Part shown: positions 39,156-49,046 of the stretch, piece by piece
Position numbering within the stretch: position 1 is the stretch's first letter
Layout: each line of letters starts with the position of its first letter
Assembly (NCBI GenBank): GCA_964610875.1
Contig: CAZSWP010000002.1
Coordinates: 1-64,000 of the forward strand
DNA length: 64,000 nt
From: an uncultured archaeon
GTDB taxonomy: Archaea > Asgardarchaeota > Thorarchaeia > Thorarchaeales > Thorarchaeaceae
Direction of reading: 5' to 3'
The notes under the pieces: generated by a model
Database searches by the model: none
Told to the model about the DNA's origin: nothing
Seen by the model: only the letters and a program-made list of their open reading frames with translations
Translations under genes and position numbers: made by a program

Positions 39156-39977
39156 ATGGTGGTTCGCCTGTCGAAGCTCTCCATCAAGAATATCAGTAAA
39201 TCCTTTCCAAATGGACACGGTGGTAGAGTACATGTCCTAGATGACATTTCATTTGATATAGAAGAATGTGAATTTGTATCATTATTGGGACCATCAGGTT
39301 GCGGAAAAACAACACTGCTCAAGATAATTGCAGGACTTATTCCACCAGATGAAGGAAAAGTTGTCTTAGATGGCGACCTACTAAAAACAGGACATAGCCG
39401 TGTTGGCTACATATTCCAACAAGAGAGTCTTTTTCCATGGTTGACTGTGCGCCAGAATGTAGAATTTGGACTTAAAATAAAAGGTAGATCTAGTGAAGAT
39501 ATCAGGAAAATCAGTGATGAAATGATCTCACTAGTAGGGATGTCTGGTCTTGAGGATAATTATCCCTACGAGATATCTGGGGGTCAATCTCGAAAGATTG
39601 AGATGGCAAGAAGTCTGGTGACAAGTCCAGACATTCTGGTTTCGGATGAAGCTCTATCAAACCTGGACGCACAGACGAGAAATTATCTGCAGGAGGAGAT
39701 TTTACGAATCTGGGAAACCACAGGTTCAACTATTCTTTTTGTCACACACAATGTCGATGAAGCTGTATACACAGCGGACAGGATTATTGTACTGAGTAAC
39801 ATGCCTGCAACAATCATCTCTGAGTTCAAAGTAGAGATTCCAAGACCACGGACTAGAACATCTCAAGAGTGTCTTCAGTACAGACATAAGATTCTCGAGA
39901 TTCTACGTGTTGAGCAAGTGAAAGCTCTAAAGCGTATTGAGGGACTTCCAGATTCATCGACTACAGCTGATGTCTAG
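39156..39977 (+). CDS. NitT/TauT-family ABC transporter ATP-binding protein
   Basis: GPSGCGKT, FQQESLFPWLTV, ISGGQ, DEALSNLDAQTR, VTHNVDEA. Confidence 0.9.
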   Translation: MVVRLSKLSIKNISKSFPNGHGGRVHVLDDISFDIEECEFVSLLGPSGCGKTTLLKIIAGLIPPDEGKVVLDGDLLKTGHSRVGYIFQQESLFPWLTVRQNVEFGLKIKGRSSEDIRKISDEMISLVGMSGLEDNYPYEISGGQSRKIEMARSLVTSPDILVSDEALSNLDAQTRNYLQEEILRIWETTGSTILFVTHNVDEAVYTADRIIVLSNMPATIISEFKVEIPRPRTRTSQECLQYRHKILEILRVEQVKALKRIEGLPDSSTTADV

Positions 39978-40816
39978 ACTGACACGTCCTGTCGCCATTT
40001 CAGTAGGCGTCTTTCTATAAATAAGAACAGATAACTGAGACCGAAACCAATCAAACCAATGACTAGCATCCCACATATCACGGATGCAGTTCGTCCCGAT
40101 AACTGCATTATAAGCACAAGATAACCAAGACCAAGTCCACTACCTATCATCTCAGCGGCAACTAGACACATCCATCCAATTCCAAAAGCAATTCTTAAGC
40201 CAGCAAATATTTCAGGAGATGCACTAGGCACAACTACTTTGGTGATGATGTCAAATTCACTACTGCCAAAGGTTTCAGCTACATCAATGTGCACTGACTC
40301 GGTGCGCTTGACACCAGTAGTGGTATTGATGAGGAGTGGAAAGAATGCTCCAATCCAGATTATATAGATTTGAGAATAGAGCAGTACAGGGGAAAACATC
40401 AGTAAGGCTAGAGGAATCCAAGCGATGGGAGGAATTGGTCTTGTTGCTTCAATCACAGGACCAAGAATATTATCTAGCACTTTGAATCGACCAATAGCAA
40501 TACCCAGAGGAATAGCTGTTACTATTGCTAGTAGAAAACCAAGAAGCACGCGAAACATACTCAAACTGGTATGATAGAACAAACTATAGCCTTCACTATC
40601 GCCTTCTATTGATAGTTCTACAAATGCTATTGCAACATCAATAAGAGAGATTTGACCTTTGCTTGATATGTAAGCTATAACACTCCATATCACCAATAGA
40701 ATCACTATTGGAATCGCTGCCTTTTGTAAAACAATATTGGAACTAAATGAAAACCTATCATCGGGTCGATCGGATTGGTTATCATCTGACCTTGCTACTT
40801 GAGTGTTCATAGTCAC
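39974..40816 (-). CDS. NitT/TauT-family ABC transporter permease
   Basis: RPIPPIAWIPL, GLRIAFGIGWMCLVAAEM, GLGY. Confidence 0.9.
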   Translation of the reverse strand: MTMNTQVARSDDNQSDRPDDRFSFSSNIVLQKAAIPIVILLVIWSVIAYISSKGQISLIDVAIAFVELSIEGDSEGYSLFYHTSLSMFRVLLGFLLAIVTAIPLGIAIGRFKVLDNILGPVIEATRPIPPIAWIPLALLMFSPVLLYSQIYIIWIGAFFPLLINTTTGVKRTESVHIDVAETFGSSEFDIITKVVVPSASPEIFAGLRIAFGIGWMCLVAAEMIGSGLGLGYLVLIMQLSGRTASVICGMLVIGLIGFGLSYLFLFIERRLLKWRQDVSV

Positions 40817-40864
40817 AGAGGAATAGGTTGAGTCCTACTTTTCTTTCTGTCGATTACTCCAGAT

Positions 40865-41845
40865 TCATGTCTCAATATATGTTGTATTGATAAAGTCATC
40901 AAGAAATGATGTCATCTCACTTTTTTCCATCTCAACGATATTCTCATCGATGAGAAAGTTAAGATACAACTCGAGACCCGTTCTATTCACATTGTAGTCA
41001 TAGATGATTCGATTAAACGCATTTTCAACAACAGACTCGTCCATCTCAAGCCAGTCGATAGCAATCTCGATAGCTTCTGTAGGATTGTCAACAATCCATT
41101 CCTCCGCTCTTTTGTGAATTTCTACAATCTTTTGAACAGTTTCGGGGTTATTTGTCAGAAAGTTGTCTGTGGATGCAAGCACACAACATGGATGTCTTGC
41201 CCAAATCTCTCCAGATGTAATCAGTGGGACTGCAGTGTTAGAACCTTCGGCTTTTGCACAGAAAGGTTCCCATGCGATAAAAGCAGGTGCACTCTGCGAG
41301 AGTGAGTCCTGCATATAACTCACCTGAGTTGTTTCGGCGCTGATATCAGTGAAGGACAATCCCGATTGATTAAGGGCTAGCCTGAGGAGGAAAGATTGAA
41401 CGGTAGGAGGACCTGGATAATAAACAGTCTTACCAGAGAGGTCTTCCACAGTCGTTATTCTTCCTGCATCATATTCCTCTTTCAGGACCATTATTGCTGA
41501 ACCTTCAAGATTAACAGCAGCTAGAATAGTTATCTCGGTGCCTTGGTTAATACTCTTTATCATAGCAGGAGCCGCACCCAGGTAGCCCATGTCAATTTGC
41601 CCGGCAAGAAATCCATCCATCTCATATCCCCCATTTTGATATTGAGTGAGCTCGACCACTAATCCCTCTTCTTCAAACCAACCTTTCTCAACGGCAACAC
41701 GCAAAGCTAGTTGATGTAGGTCTTGGGAAAGATAACCAATTCTGACATCGGGCACAGTTATTGGATACCATAACGCAACCAACGCTACTGATGAAACGAT
41801 AACAGCAACCACAATAAGAGCGGCTGCTTGATTCCTCTCGACCAT
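40865..41845 (-). CDS. NitT/TauT-family ABC transporter substrate-binding protein
   Basis: N-terminal TM; RIGYL..LHQL, GYLGAAP, AWEPF, HPCCV. Confidence 0.88.
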   Translation of the reverse strand: MVERNQAAALIVVAVIVSSVALVALWYPITVPDVRIGYLSQDLHQLALRVAVEKGWFEEEGLVVELTQYQNGGYEMDGFLAGQIDMGYLGAAPAMIKSINQGTEITILAAVNLEGSAIMVLKEEYDAGRITTVEDLSGKTVYYPGPPTVQSFLLRLALNQSGLSFTDISAETTQVSYMQDSLSQSAPAFIAWEPFCAKAEGSNTAVPLITSGEIWARHPCCVLASTDNFLTNNPETVQKIVEIHKRAEEWIVDNPTEAIEIAIDWLEMDESVVENAFNRIIYDYNVNRTGLELYLNFLIDENIVEMEKSEMTSFLDDFINTTYIET

Positions 41846-41954
41846 AAAGAAAGACTCCTCTTCTTTGCCAAGTAGATTTACACATAAAATGATTAGGATT
41901 TGTGCCTTTCAGATATAGTCAAGTTCATAGAGGGGATTGTACTCTAGTAAATAC

Positions 41955-42332
41955 ATGTCCCTCCGCGATAAGATACCACAGAAACTGCTATTGGGTGAAG
42001 CAATAGTAAGCATTGCCTTAGAAGAAGACGTCGGCGTTTATGAAACGGAAGATTATGTTCTGATAGAGATTTCTCATAACGCGGGGCGGCTTAATATTCC
42101 AAAAATAGCTCAAACAGTTAGTGACCTAGTAAAAGCAGATAGAAAAATGGTCGCTGTGCGAGGTTTTGGATTCAAAGGAATTGGTCTTGGAGTAAGAATT
42201 GCTCATGAGATAAAAAAGATGGAGAAGCGATTTCTGTACCATATGACCTTCGACACCTTTGATGCTCAGGACCCTAGTAATAACCAATACCTCACAAGTG
42301 TGCAGATTGTGATCATCCCACCAGAGAAATGA
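41955..42332 (+). CDS. Hypothetical protein, probable Alba-fold nucleic-acid-binding domain
   Basis: VAVRGFGFKGIGLGVRIAHEIK...FDTFD...LTSVQIVI pattern matches Alba/Rpp20 topology. Confidence 0.55.
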   Translation: MSLRDKIPQKLLLGEAIVSIALEEDVGVYETEDYVLIEISHNAGRLNIPKIAQTVSDLVKADRKMVAVRGFGFKGIGLGVRIAHEIKKMEKRFLYHMTFDTFDAQDPSNNQYLTSVQIVIIPPEK

Positions 42333-42362
42333 ACTGATTAAATACAGAACTAGTGAGAGAAC

Positions 42363-42968
42363 ATGTCCGCCAAAGACACCTCTGAACCAGTTGTCAAGGC
42401 AACTTTGTCCAAAACCATTTTCCCTGAGATATGTCCGGTATGCGGGGCCGAAGCCGAAGATTTTGTTTCTATAACTTACTATGCTAGTGGAGAGGAAGAT
42501 GATAAGGGTTCCTTGACAATGGAAGAATGGGGTTCTTCAAAGGATAGTATTGGAGCGAAAATGGCAACATCAAGAGGAGCTGTACTTTTCTGGGTACCAA
42601 CCTGTATACATCATGGCAGTAAATCTATGACCACGAGTCGAACAATGATGATTGCCATAATCGGCTTCATGTTATTATTCTATCCACTACTATTCTATGG
42701 TTTAGGAATCCTTTCTGCTATTTACTTCAATCGTCCTATATTTGAGAGTCTTATCCCGGTCCTCATCATTTTAGGAGCACTGATTGCATTATTATTCTAT
42801 GGATTCTATCCTCGATCACTTCAAAGGCAAATTCGTGTTCTTTCAACAAATCCATCCAGTGATGAGGTATATTTGATTTTTAGAAATACGGAATATCAAC
42901 AGAAATTCCTTGAACTAAACATCATGCATGCAGAAGTTGTAGATGCTAGTAAAACAGAAGAGTTTTGA
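42363..42968 (+). CDS. Two-TM membrane protein with putative Zn site
   Basis: FPEICPVCG...VPTCIHH; two hydrophobic helices. Confidence 0.7.
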   Translation: MSAKDTSEPVVKATLSKTIFPEICPVCGAEAEDFVSITYYASGEEDDKGSLTMEEWGSSKDSIGAKMATSRGAVLFWVPTCIHHGSKSMTTSRTMMIAIIGFMLLFYPLLFYGLGILSAIYFNRPIFESLIPVLIILGALIALLFYGFYPRSLQRQIRVLSTNPSSDEVYLIFRNTEYQQKFLELNIMHAEVVDASKTEEF

Positions 42969-43023
42969 TTGAATGGAAAATCTAAAGAGATGATGTTTTT
43001 CTAAGACTATCAATTGACGGTTA

Positions 43024-44208
43024 TTGGAGGGTACCACCATTAAGACAAGAATAGCATTCATGCTTCTAATTCTACCATTACTTCTAGTTACAAGTGTACC
43101 CCATCAAATTCATGCAGCGGAAAATACATCTACAGGGAAACAAACAGCTCAGCAATATACTCCTTTTAGTAGAATTACAATACAGGAGGACTCCCAATTT
43201 AGTAACCTCTTTCCTGGAAATGGTACTGAGAACAACCCATACCTTATCGAACGTCTCAACATAACTAATCCTACATCATCTATACAAATAATGTCAACAC
43301 GAGCACACTTCGTAATCAGGAATTGCTGGTTGACTTCCGAATATGTTACAGTTGGTTTCACTGATGTAAAAAATGGAAGAATCGAGAACTGTAGAATTAT
43401 GGATGCAAACCAGGGCGTTTGGATTACTAATTGCACAGATATAACAATAGAGAACACTTGGATTTCAGGATGTGATGATGGCATTCTGATAAATTGGGGA
43501 GCAGACCTAACGATAGAAAATTGTCGTATTGACCATAATCAGATTGGATTGGAGCAAATTGACACAAACAGAACACTCATTGAAAACAATACCATCTATG
43601 GTAACAGGAATAGAGGGGCTGTCATAGGACTGAATTCACATAACAATTCCATAATAGACAACAGGATAGGCTGGAATGGAGGTCTTCTTGATGCGGTTCC
43701 TGTCGTCAATGGATTTGACAGGGGCATCAACAGTCTTTGGGAGTCTAACAGATGGAGTGATTATGATGGCGTTGGGGTTTATGAGATATCAGGAGGAGCT
43801 AATGCAAATGACAGCTTGGCAAGACCTCTCGTAGACACCATATTACCAGAGTTATCTGACGAAACCGATATTGTCTATATTCGTGGAGAAACAGGTAATG
43901 TTCTATCATGGTCCTGTAGTGATGAATATCCCTTCAGATATGTGATCTATCGAAACTCAGAAACTCATAGAATTCGTAATTGGTATGGAAATGATATTTC
44001 CATCAATGTCGATAATCTCAATTTTGGAGCTTACAATTTCACAATTGTTGTGCGTGATGCTGCAGGAAACGAGGTTTCACATTCTCTATATGTGCACGTT
44101 ACAATGGACATGTTTGGTGGTCAAGCCACAGTCATCATTCTCGGAGGGTCTGTATTGAGTGTGTTTGTGGTGCTTGTCACCATTGTGATCGTGAAAGCAA
44201 GAAAATGA
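43024..44208 (+). CDS. Surface protein with NosD/pectin-lyase-like beta-helix, Ig-like repeat and TM anchor
   Basis: GNGTENNPYLIE, IENCRI/IENNTI repeats, NRWSDY, Ig repeat, TM followed by KARK. Confidence 0.8.
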   Translation: MEGTTIKTRIAFMLLILPLLLVTSVPHQIHAAENTSTGKQTAQQYTPFSRITIQEDSQFSNLFPGNGTENNPYLIERLNITNPTSSIQIMSTRAHFVIRNCWLTSEYVTVGFTDVKNGRIENCRIMDANQGVWITNCTDITIENTWISGCDDGILINWGADLTIENCRIDHNQIGLEQIDTNRTLIENNTIYGNRNRGAVIGLNSHNNSIIDNRIGWNGGLLDAVPVVNGFDRGINSLWESNRWSDYDGVGVYEISGGANANDSLARPLVDTILPELSDETDIVYIRGETGNVLSWSCSDEYPFRYVIYRNSETHRIRNWYGNDISINVDNLNFGAYNFTIVVRDAAGNEVSHSLYVHVTMDMFGGQATVIILGGSVLSVFVVLVTIVIVKARK

Positions 44209-44632
44209 AACTCTCTTACCGTTCATTGTAAATTGTACACACTTGGACACCAGAGTGATGTACCTCCATAAACGGTAATGGATCGTACTCTGTGAGGTTA
44301 TTCTATGTGTCTGGTCAACCTCACAATACTATGATTATCTTTTGCTATACAAAGACCTACAGATGTACATTCTTTATTCAATCATTCACTAAAGAAATGT
44401 CCAACTTTGACCAGATCTCTTGCAACTGTTGGCAACCCGTTGGCGTTTGTGATTTGCACAATCACAATTGATTGGTGTTATTCTAGGAGTAGCAGCAGTT
44501 AATGTGGTACTAGTTGTCCTGATCTAAAAGAAATGAAGCATAGATTTCAAACAGTAAGAGTACATGCCAGTAAATACATAAGAGAACCCCTCTCGAGTCA
44601 GGAATGAAGCTTCTCCCCTAGGTGAGATAATT

Positions 44633-45208
44633 ATGGCGCTTGACTTTGCGAAAGGTATTACTGAATTTCGCTGGCACGGTCGCGGTGGCCAAGGTGTGGT
44701 CACGAGCAACCAGATGCTAGGCAAAGCTGCCCTTGCGGAAGGCAACTATATACAAGCCTTCCCAGAGTTCGGTCCTGAGCGGACCGGAGCTCCCGTAAGG
44801 GCATTTTTGAGAATCAGTAAGGAACCAATTCAGGTCTACGCACAGGTATACAGTCCGGATGTTGTCGTGTGTATAGACCCGACCTTACTAGATGTAGTCA
44901 ACCCAGCCGAGGGACTCAAGAAAGAAGGCACACTTGTTATCAACACAGATAAAGAACCCGCAGACATTAGGAAGAAGTTCGATTTTGAAAGCGGGAAAGT
45001 TGTCACTGTTGATGCTAGCACTATAGCTATGGAAGTGATGGGACGTCCATTTTACAATATGCCAACAATGGCAGCCGCTGTGAAAGCAACGGGTGTTGTA
45101 GATGTAGACACAGTCATCCATGCCGTCCAAGAGAGATACCCCGGTAAAGTTGGCGATTTGAACAAGTCTGCAATTGAACGTGCAGTTTCGGAGGCGAAGA
45201 TCGGATGA
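44633..45208 (+). CDS. porC: Pyruvate/2-ketoisovalerate:ferredoxin oxidoreductase gamma subunit
   Basis: HGRGGQG, FPEFGPERTGAPV, DPTL. Confidence 0.92.
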   Translation: MALDFAKGITEFRWHGRGGQGVVTSNQMLGKAALAEGNYIQAFPEFGPERTGAPVRAFLRISKEPIQVYAQVYSPDVVVCIDPTLLDVVNPAEGLKKEGTLVINTDKEPADIRKKFDFESGKVVTVDASTIAMEVMGRPFYNMPTMAAAVKATGVVDVDTVIHAVQERYPGKVGDLNKSAIERAVSEAKIG

Positions 45209-45501
45209 GTGAAAAATACAATGAGATTCCAATGGCTGGCAATATCATAAAGCCAGGAAATGCCGTGGAGTACAAGACTGGTGGTTGGAGGTCCCAACGT
45301 CCAGTACATAATCCCGATACTTGCTTATGGGTAAAGAATGGTACGTGCGGCAGATGCTGGATATTCTGTCCTGACAATGCAGTTGTATTGAAAGAGCAAG
45401 ACGGAAAATTCAGTTACGAATACGATTTGGATTACTGTAAAGGCTGTGGAATTTGTGCGAACGAATGTCCTACAGACAGTATCACAATGGAGGGCGAATA
45501 G
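45205..45501 (+). CDS. porD: Pyruvate:ferredoxin oxidoreductase delta subunit
   Basis: TGGWRSQRP, C..CGRCWIFCPD, YCKGCGICANECP. Confidence 0.9.
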   Translation: MSEKYNEIPMAGNIIKPGNAVEYKTGGWRSQRPVHNPDTCLWVKNGTCGRCWIFCPDNAVVLKEQDGKFSYEYDLDYCKGCGICANECPTDSITMEGE

Positions 45502-46707
45502 ATGACTTCTGTTGAAAAGATTCCAGACGATAAGATTGAGATTGAAGGTCTCACAGGTGATGCAGCAATTGCCCATGCGATGAAACAGTGTGACATTGAT
45601 GTTGTTGCAGCTTATCCAATCACTCCACAGACAATTATCGTGGAGGATTTCCAGAGATTCGCTGCAGATGGCGAAGTGAAGACGAAGGTCATTCCGGTAG
45701 AGTCTGAACACAGCGCGATGTCAGCCTGTGTAGGTGCTTCTGCTGTAGGAGCTAGAGTAGCTACTGCATCAGCATCAGCAGGACTTGCACTCATGTGGGA
45801 GATTCTGTACTGTGCAGCATCAATGCGGATGCCAATCGTGTTCACAGTGGCGAATCGCGCCCTGTCAGCACCAATCAATATCCACAACGACCACAGCGAT
45901 GGAATGGGTATGCGTGACAGCGGTTTCATCCAACTCTATTGTCAGAGCTGTCAGGAAGCCTATGATACAACCATCATGGCATTCAAGCTTGCTGAAGACC
46001 ACGATGTCCTGCTTCCGGTTATGGTAGGCATTGACGGTTTCATTCTCAGCCACAATGTTGAACGTGTAGAAATGTTACCCACTGAGGCGATTCACAAGTA
46101 CCTCGGTGTCAGAGACCCATTCATCGCACTCGACCCGGACAAACCAATCACTATGGGCCCACTTGCTCTTACTGACTACTACTTTGAATTTAAGGAACAG
46201 CAGGATGAAGCAATGGGTAATGTGATTGAGGCTTATCACAAGGTCGAAGCAGAATGGGAAAAAATGACCGGTCGCAAGTACGGTCTCTTTGAAGAACATA
46301 AGACAGAGGACGCAGACATTATCTTCCTTGCAATGAGCACCATGGGCGGTACGGTAAAAGCAACTGTTGATGTTCTTAGAGAAGAAGGCGAAAAGGTCGG
46401 AGCCATCAGACTCAAGATGTTCAGACCATTCCCAGGTGAACAACTAGCCAAGGCTCTCAAGAAGGCTAAGGCAGTGGTCGTCTTTGAGAAGGCGATGTCC
46501 TTTGGCGCTGCTACAAACCCACTTGCTCTTGAGATACGCAGTTCCCTCTATGATGAAGAAACAAAACCAATGGTCGTCAACTTCGTTGTTGGACTCGGTG
46601 GACGTGATGTGCCACCTACAACATTTGTAGAAGGCTATGAGAAAGCAAAGGAGTACGTCAAGAAAGGCAAGGCTCCAATGTACGAAACACTGGGGGTGCG
46701 TAAGTAA
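45502..46707 (+). CDS. porA: Pyruvate:ferredoxin oxidoreductase alpha subunit
   Basis: AYPITPQT, ESEHSAMS, NRALSAPINIHNDHSD, FRPFP, GLGGRD. Confidence 0.92.
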   Translation: MTSVEKIPDDKIEIEGLTGDAAIAHAMKQCDIDVVAAYPITPQTIIVEDFQRFAADGEVKTKVIPVESEHSAMSACVGASAVGARVATASASAGLALMWEILYCAASMRMPIVFTVANRALSAPINIHNDHSDGMGMRDSGFIQLYCQSCQEAYDTTIMAFKLAEDHDVLLPVMVGIDGFILSHNVERVEMLPTEAIHKYLGVRDPFIALDPDKPITMGPLALTDYYFEFKEQQDEAMGNVIEAYHKVEAEWEKMTGRKYGLFEEHKTEDADIIFLAMSTMGGTVKATVDVLREEGEKVGAIRLKMFRPFPGEQLAKALKKAKAVVVFEKAMSFGAATNPLALEIRSSLYDEETKPMVVNFVVGLGGRDVPPTTFVEGYEKAKEYVKKGKAPMYETLGVRK

Positions 46708-47657
46708 TGGAAGACGCAGCAGTATCAATCAAAGACATGCTCAAGAAAGATAAGATTCTCTCATCAGGTCACAGGATGTGCGCAGGATGCGCTGCCCCGA
46801 CAATTGTGAAATTGATGGGCATGGCACTTCGCGGACCAACTATTGTCTGTGAGGCAACTGGCTGTCTTGAGGTAGCAACAACCATCTATCCCTATACAGC
46901 TTGGGAGATACCCTGGATTCACGTAGCATTTGAGAACGCAGCAGCAGTCGCATCAGGCGTTGCTGAAGCAATCAATGCAATGCGTGATAAAGGACGCTAC
47001 AAGCACGACCACGTTGATGTCATTGCAATCGGTGGAGACGGTGGAACTTTTGACATTGGCTTTGGATCCCTGAGCGGTGCGCTCGAACGAGATCATGACT
47101 TTGTGTACATGGTCTACGACAACGGGGCTTATCAGAACACAGGAATTCAACGTTCAGGTGGTACATTCCCAGGTCAGGAAACCACAACCTCATGGGCTGG
47201 AAAAGTATCCCCAGGTAAGGAACAACGCAAGAAACCCTTGTCGGAGATTGTCGCAGCACACAGAATTCCCTATGTTGCCACAGTTGATCCATACCACTAC
47301 AGGGACTTTGTAACCAAGTTCAGAAAGGGCTTAGAAGTAGAGGGACCTGCATTCATTCACGCATTCTCTCCATGTCCACGTGGTTGGCGATCTGAAACTG
47401 GTAGAAGCATCGAGCTGGCAAAGCTTGCTGTAGAGACCGGACTACATCCACTGTATGAGGTCATTGATGGCAAGGAATGGAAACTGTCAGGCCCGAGTAA
47501 GAGATTAAAAGAGCTGACACCTGTTGATGAATACTTCAAGACACAAGGTCAATTCAAACATCTCTTCAAACCACAATGGGAAGACTTTCGCAAGCAGATT
47601 CAGGAACAGGTCACCGCTGACTGGGAATACCTGAAACAACGTTGTGGGGTCGAATAA
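46707..47657 (+). CDS. porB: Pyruvate:ferredoxin oxidoreductase beta subunit
   Basis: GHRMCAGC, TGCLEV, GGDGGTFDIG, NTGIQRS, PCPRGW. Confidence 0.92.
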   Translation: MEDAAVSIKDMLKKDKILSSGHRMCAGCAAPTIVKLMGMALRGPTIVCEATGCLEVATTIYPYTAWEIPWIHVAFENAAAVASGVAEAINAMRDKGRYKHDHVDVIAIGGDGGTFDIGFGSLSGALERDHDFVYMVYDNGAYQNTGIQRSGGTFPGQETTTSWAGKVSPGKEQRKKPLSEIVAAHRIPYVATVDPYHYRDFVTKFRKGLEVEGPAFIHAFSPCPRGWRSETGRSIELAKLAVETGLHPLYEVIDGKEWKLSGPSKRLKELTPVDEYFKTQGQFKHLFKPQWEDFRKQIQEQVTADWEYLKQRCGVE

Positions 47658-47664
47658 AACTAAA

Positions 47665-47707
47665 TGATAGCTGGAGTAATACACTCCAGCATCAATTCTT
47701 CTTTTTT
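47665..47707 (+). terminator. Hairpin plus T-tract after the por operon
   Basis: GCTGGAGT(47670-77)/ACTCCAGC(47683-90) followed by TTCTTCTTTTTT. Confidence 0.6.
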
Positions 47708-47747
47708 AGAATTGAGATCAACAAAATTGTACCAATTGTGAGTACAT

Positions 47748-48386
47748 TCATAAACTATCTGTACTCACTAGGAATCCAATATCATCGAACAAGAATTCAA
47801 GATATTCATCTTGAATTAGCTTGTACATCTTGAATGCCATTTCTCGTATCTCAAAATCAGCAACATGTTCTGTTCTCAGGGTGAAAAAGTTCCGTAGAGA
47901 ACGCGCATTCACTGTCATCACAAGATCGGTTCTAGTTTCTTGAGGAAGCTTTCTTCTTGCAACATCCACATCATACCCTTTGTCAATCCATTTCTTATAG
48001 ACCAGAATTGCGTGTTCAATATCGCTAATCCATTCATCTCTATCTCTGTCTTTCAAATGAGGGGGGATTACGAAGTGCTCAGGAGAAAGGTCTCTCTTCT
48101 TTCTCAGACTCATTTGTGTATAAGAAGCCATTCTATGACGGACTAGTTGATGTGAAGCAACACGCGAGATACTGACCCAGAACTGAAAAACGATATGTTC
48201 GAGAACACTCTCATGTCCAAGCTCTATCATCTTTTGCAAAAACTGCTTTGCTTTCTCTAATGACAAGTCCTCCACAAATTCAGAATAAGGTTCGTCCTTT
48301 CGAGAAACCATACCTGCAGCTGCAGCATCAATCAAGCTTTGCTGGGAGGGGATTCCTGATTTTGTCCACTCAACGAACACATCCAC
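47748..48386 (-). CDS. thyX: FAD-dependent thymidylate synthase
   Basis: GHESVLEH, SHQLVRHRMASYTQMS (RHRx7S), ARRKLP, NARSLRNFFTLR. Confidence 0.92.
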   Translation of the reverse strand: MDVFVEWTKSGIPSQQSLIDAAAAGMVSRKDEPYSEFVEDLSLEKAKQFLQKMIELGHESVLEHIVFQFWVSISRVASHQLVRHRMASYTQMSLRKKRDLSPEHFVIPPHLKDRDRDEWISDIEHAILVYKKWIDKGYDVDVARRKLPQETRTDLVMTVNARSLRNFFTLRTEHVADFEIREMAFKMYKLIQDEYLEFLFDDIGFLVSTDSL

Positions 48387-48470
48387 GTCATGAACACCTC
48401 AAATCTATGGCACTTCCAACCAAATATGGAATTATAGGTATCGCTTGGAAGACATCTCCGACAAATAGAC

Positions 48471-49010
48471 TCAGAGAATATTTGAGGCCAACTTCTCACC
48501 TTGATCGCCCAGTTCCTTTACGAGGTCTCTAGCCAACTGCATACGACTCTCACGATAAGCACTTGCCCTTGCAGGAGGGAGAAAGTCATCGACATCGGAG
48601 AGGTTGTCCTGAATATCAAGCAATTTGATAATCTTCGCCTCATCAGGACCCTTGAGCAGTTTCTCTCTGTAAAGTTTAAATCGGTCTGGAGTTCCTGCTT
48701 CCGGTTTAGTCAGAGCCTCAACAATTTTAGCGATAGTGGACCCAAACCGCTCTTCAATTTCATCTATAGGGATATCAGAATCCTCTACAACATCATGCAA
48801 TAGAGCAGCCATAATACTCTCAACTCCAAGACCAATATCTGCAGCATGTATTGCAACTCGTAAGGGATGAACAATATAGGGTTCTGTGGTTGAACGTTCA
48901 TGAGTTTGATGCGCATTCAATGCAAAATGGAATGCGTCTGAAATATGCATGAGGTCTTCTTGTGTGAAACTACCTTCTCTCATTGTTGGCACGAAAATTC
49001 CACGTCCCAC
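48471..49010 (-). CDS. Stand-alone RelA/SpoT-type HD hydrolase (Mesh1/small alarmone hydrolase-like)
   Basis: EPYIVHPLRVA, ALLHDVVEDS, IVEALTK, KLLDIQDNL. Confidence 0.82.
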   Translation of the reverse strand: MGRGIFVPTMREGSFTQEDLMHISDAFHFALNAHQTHERSTTEPYIVHPLRVAIHAADIGLGVESIMAALLHDVVEDSDIPIDEIEERFGSTIAKIVEALTKPEAGTPDRFKLYREKLLKGPDEAKIIKLLDIQDNLSDVDDFLPPARASAYRESRMQLARDLVKELGDQGEKLASNIL

Positions 49011-49046
49011 AAGAACTTAAGAAAGATGGTTCTATACATAATCCAA

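Noticed and set aside
44209-44535. Possible remnant of another surface protein (QLIGVILGVAAVNVVLVVLI*KK* on +)
   Set aside because: Only a TM-like tail is recognisable; the upstream frames are broken and too weak to call
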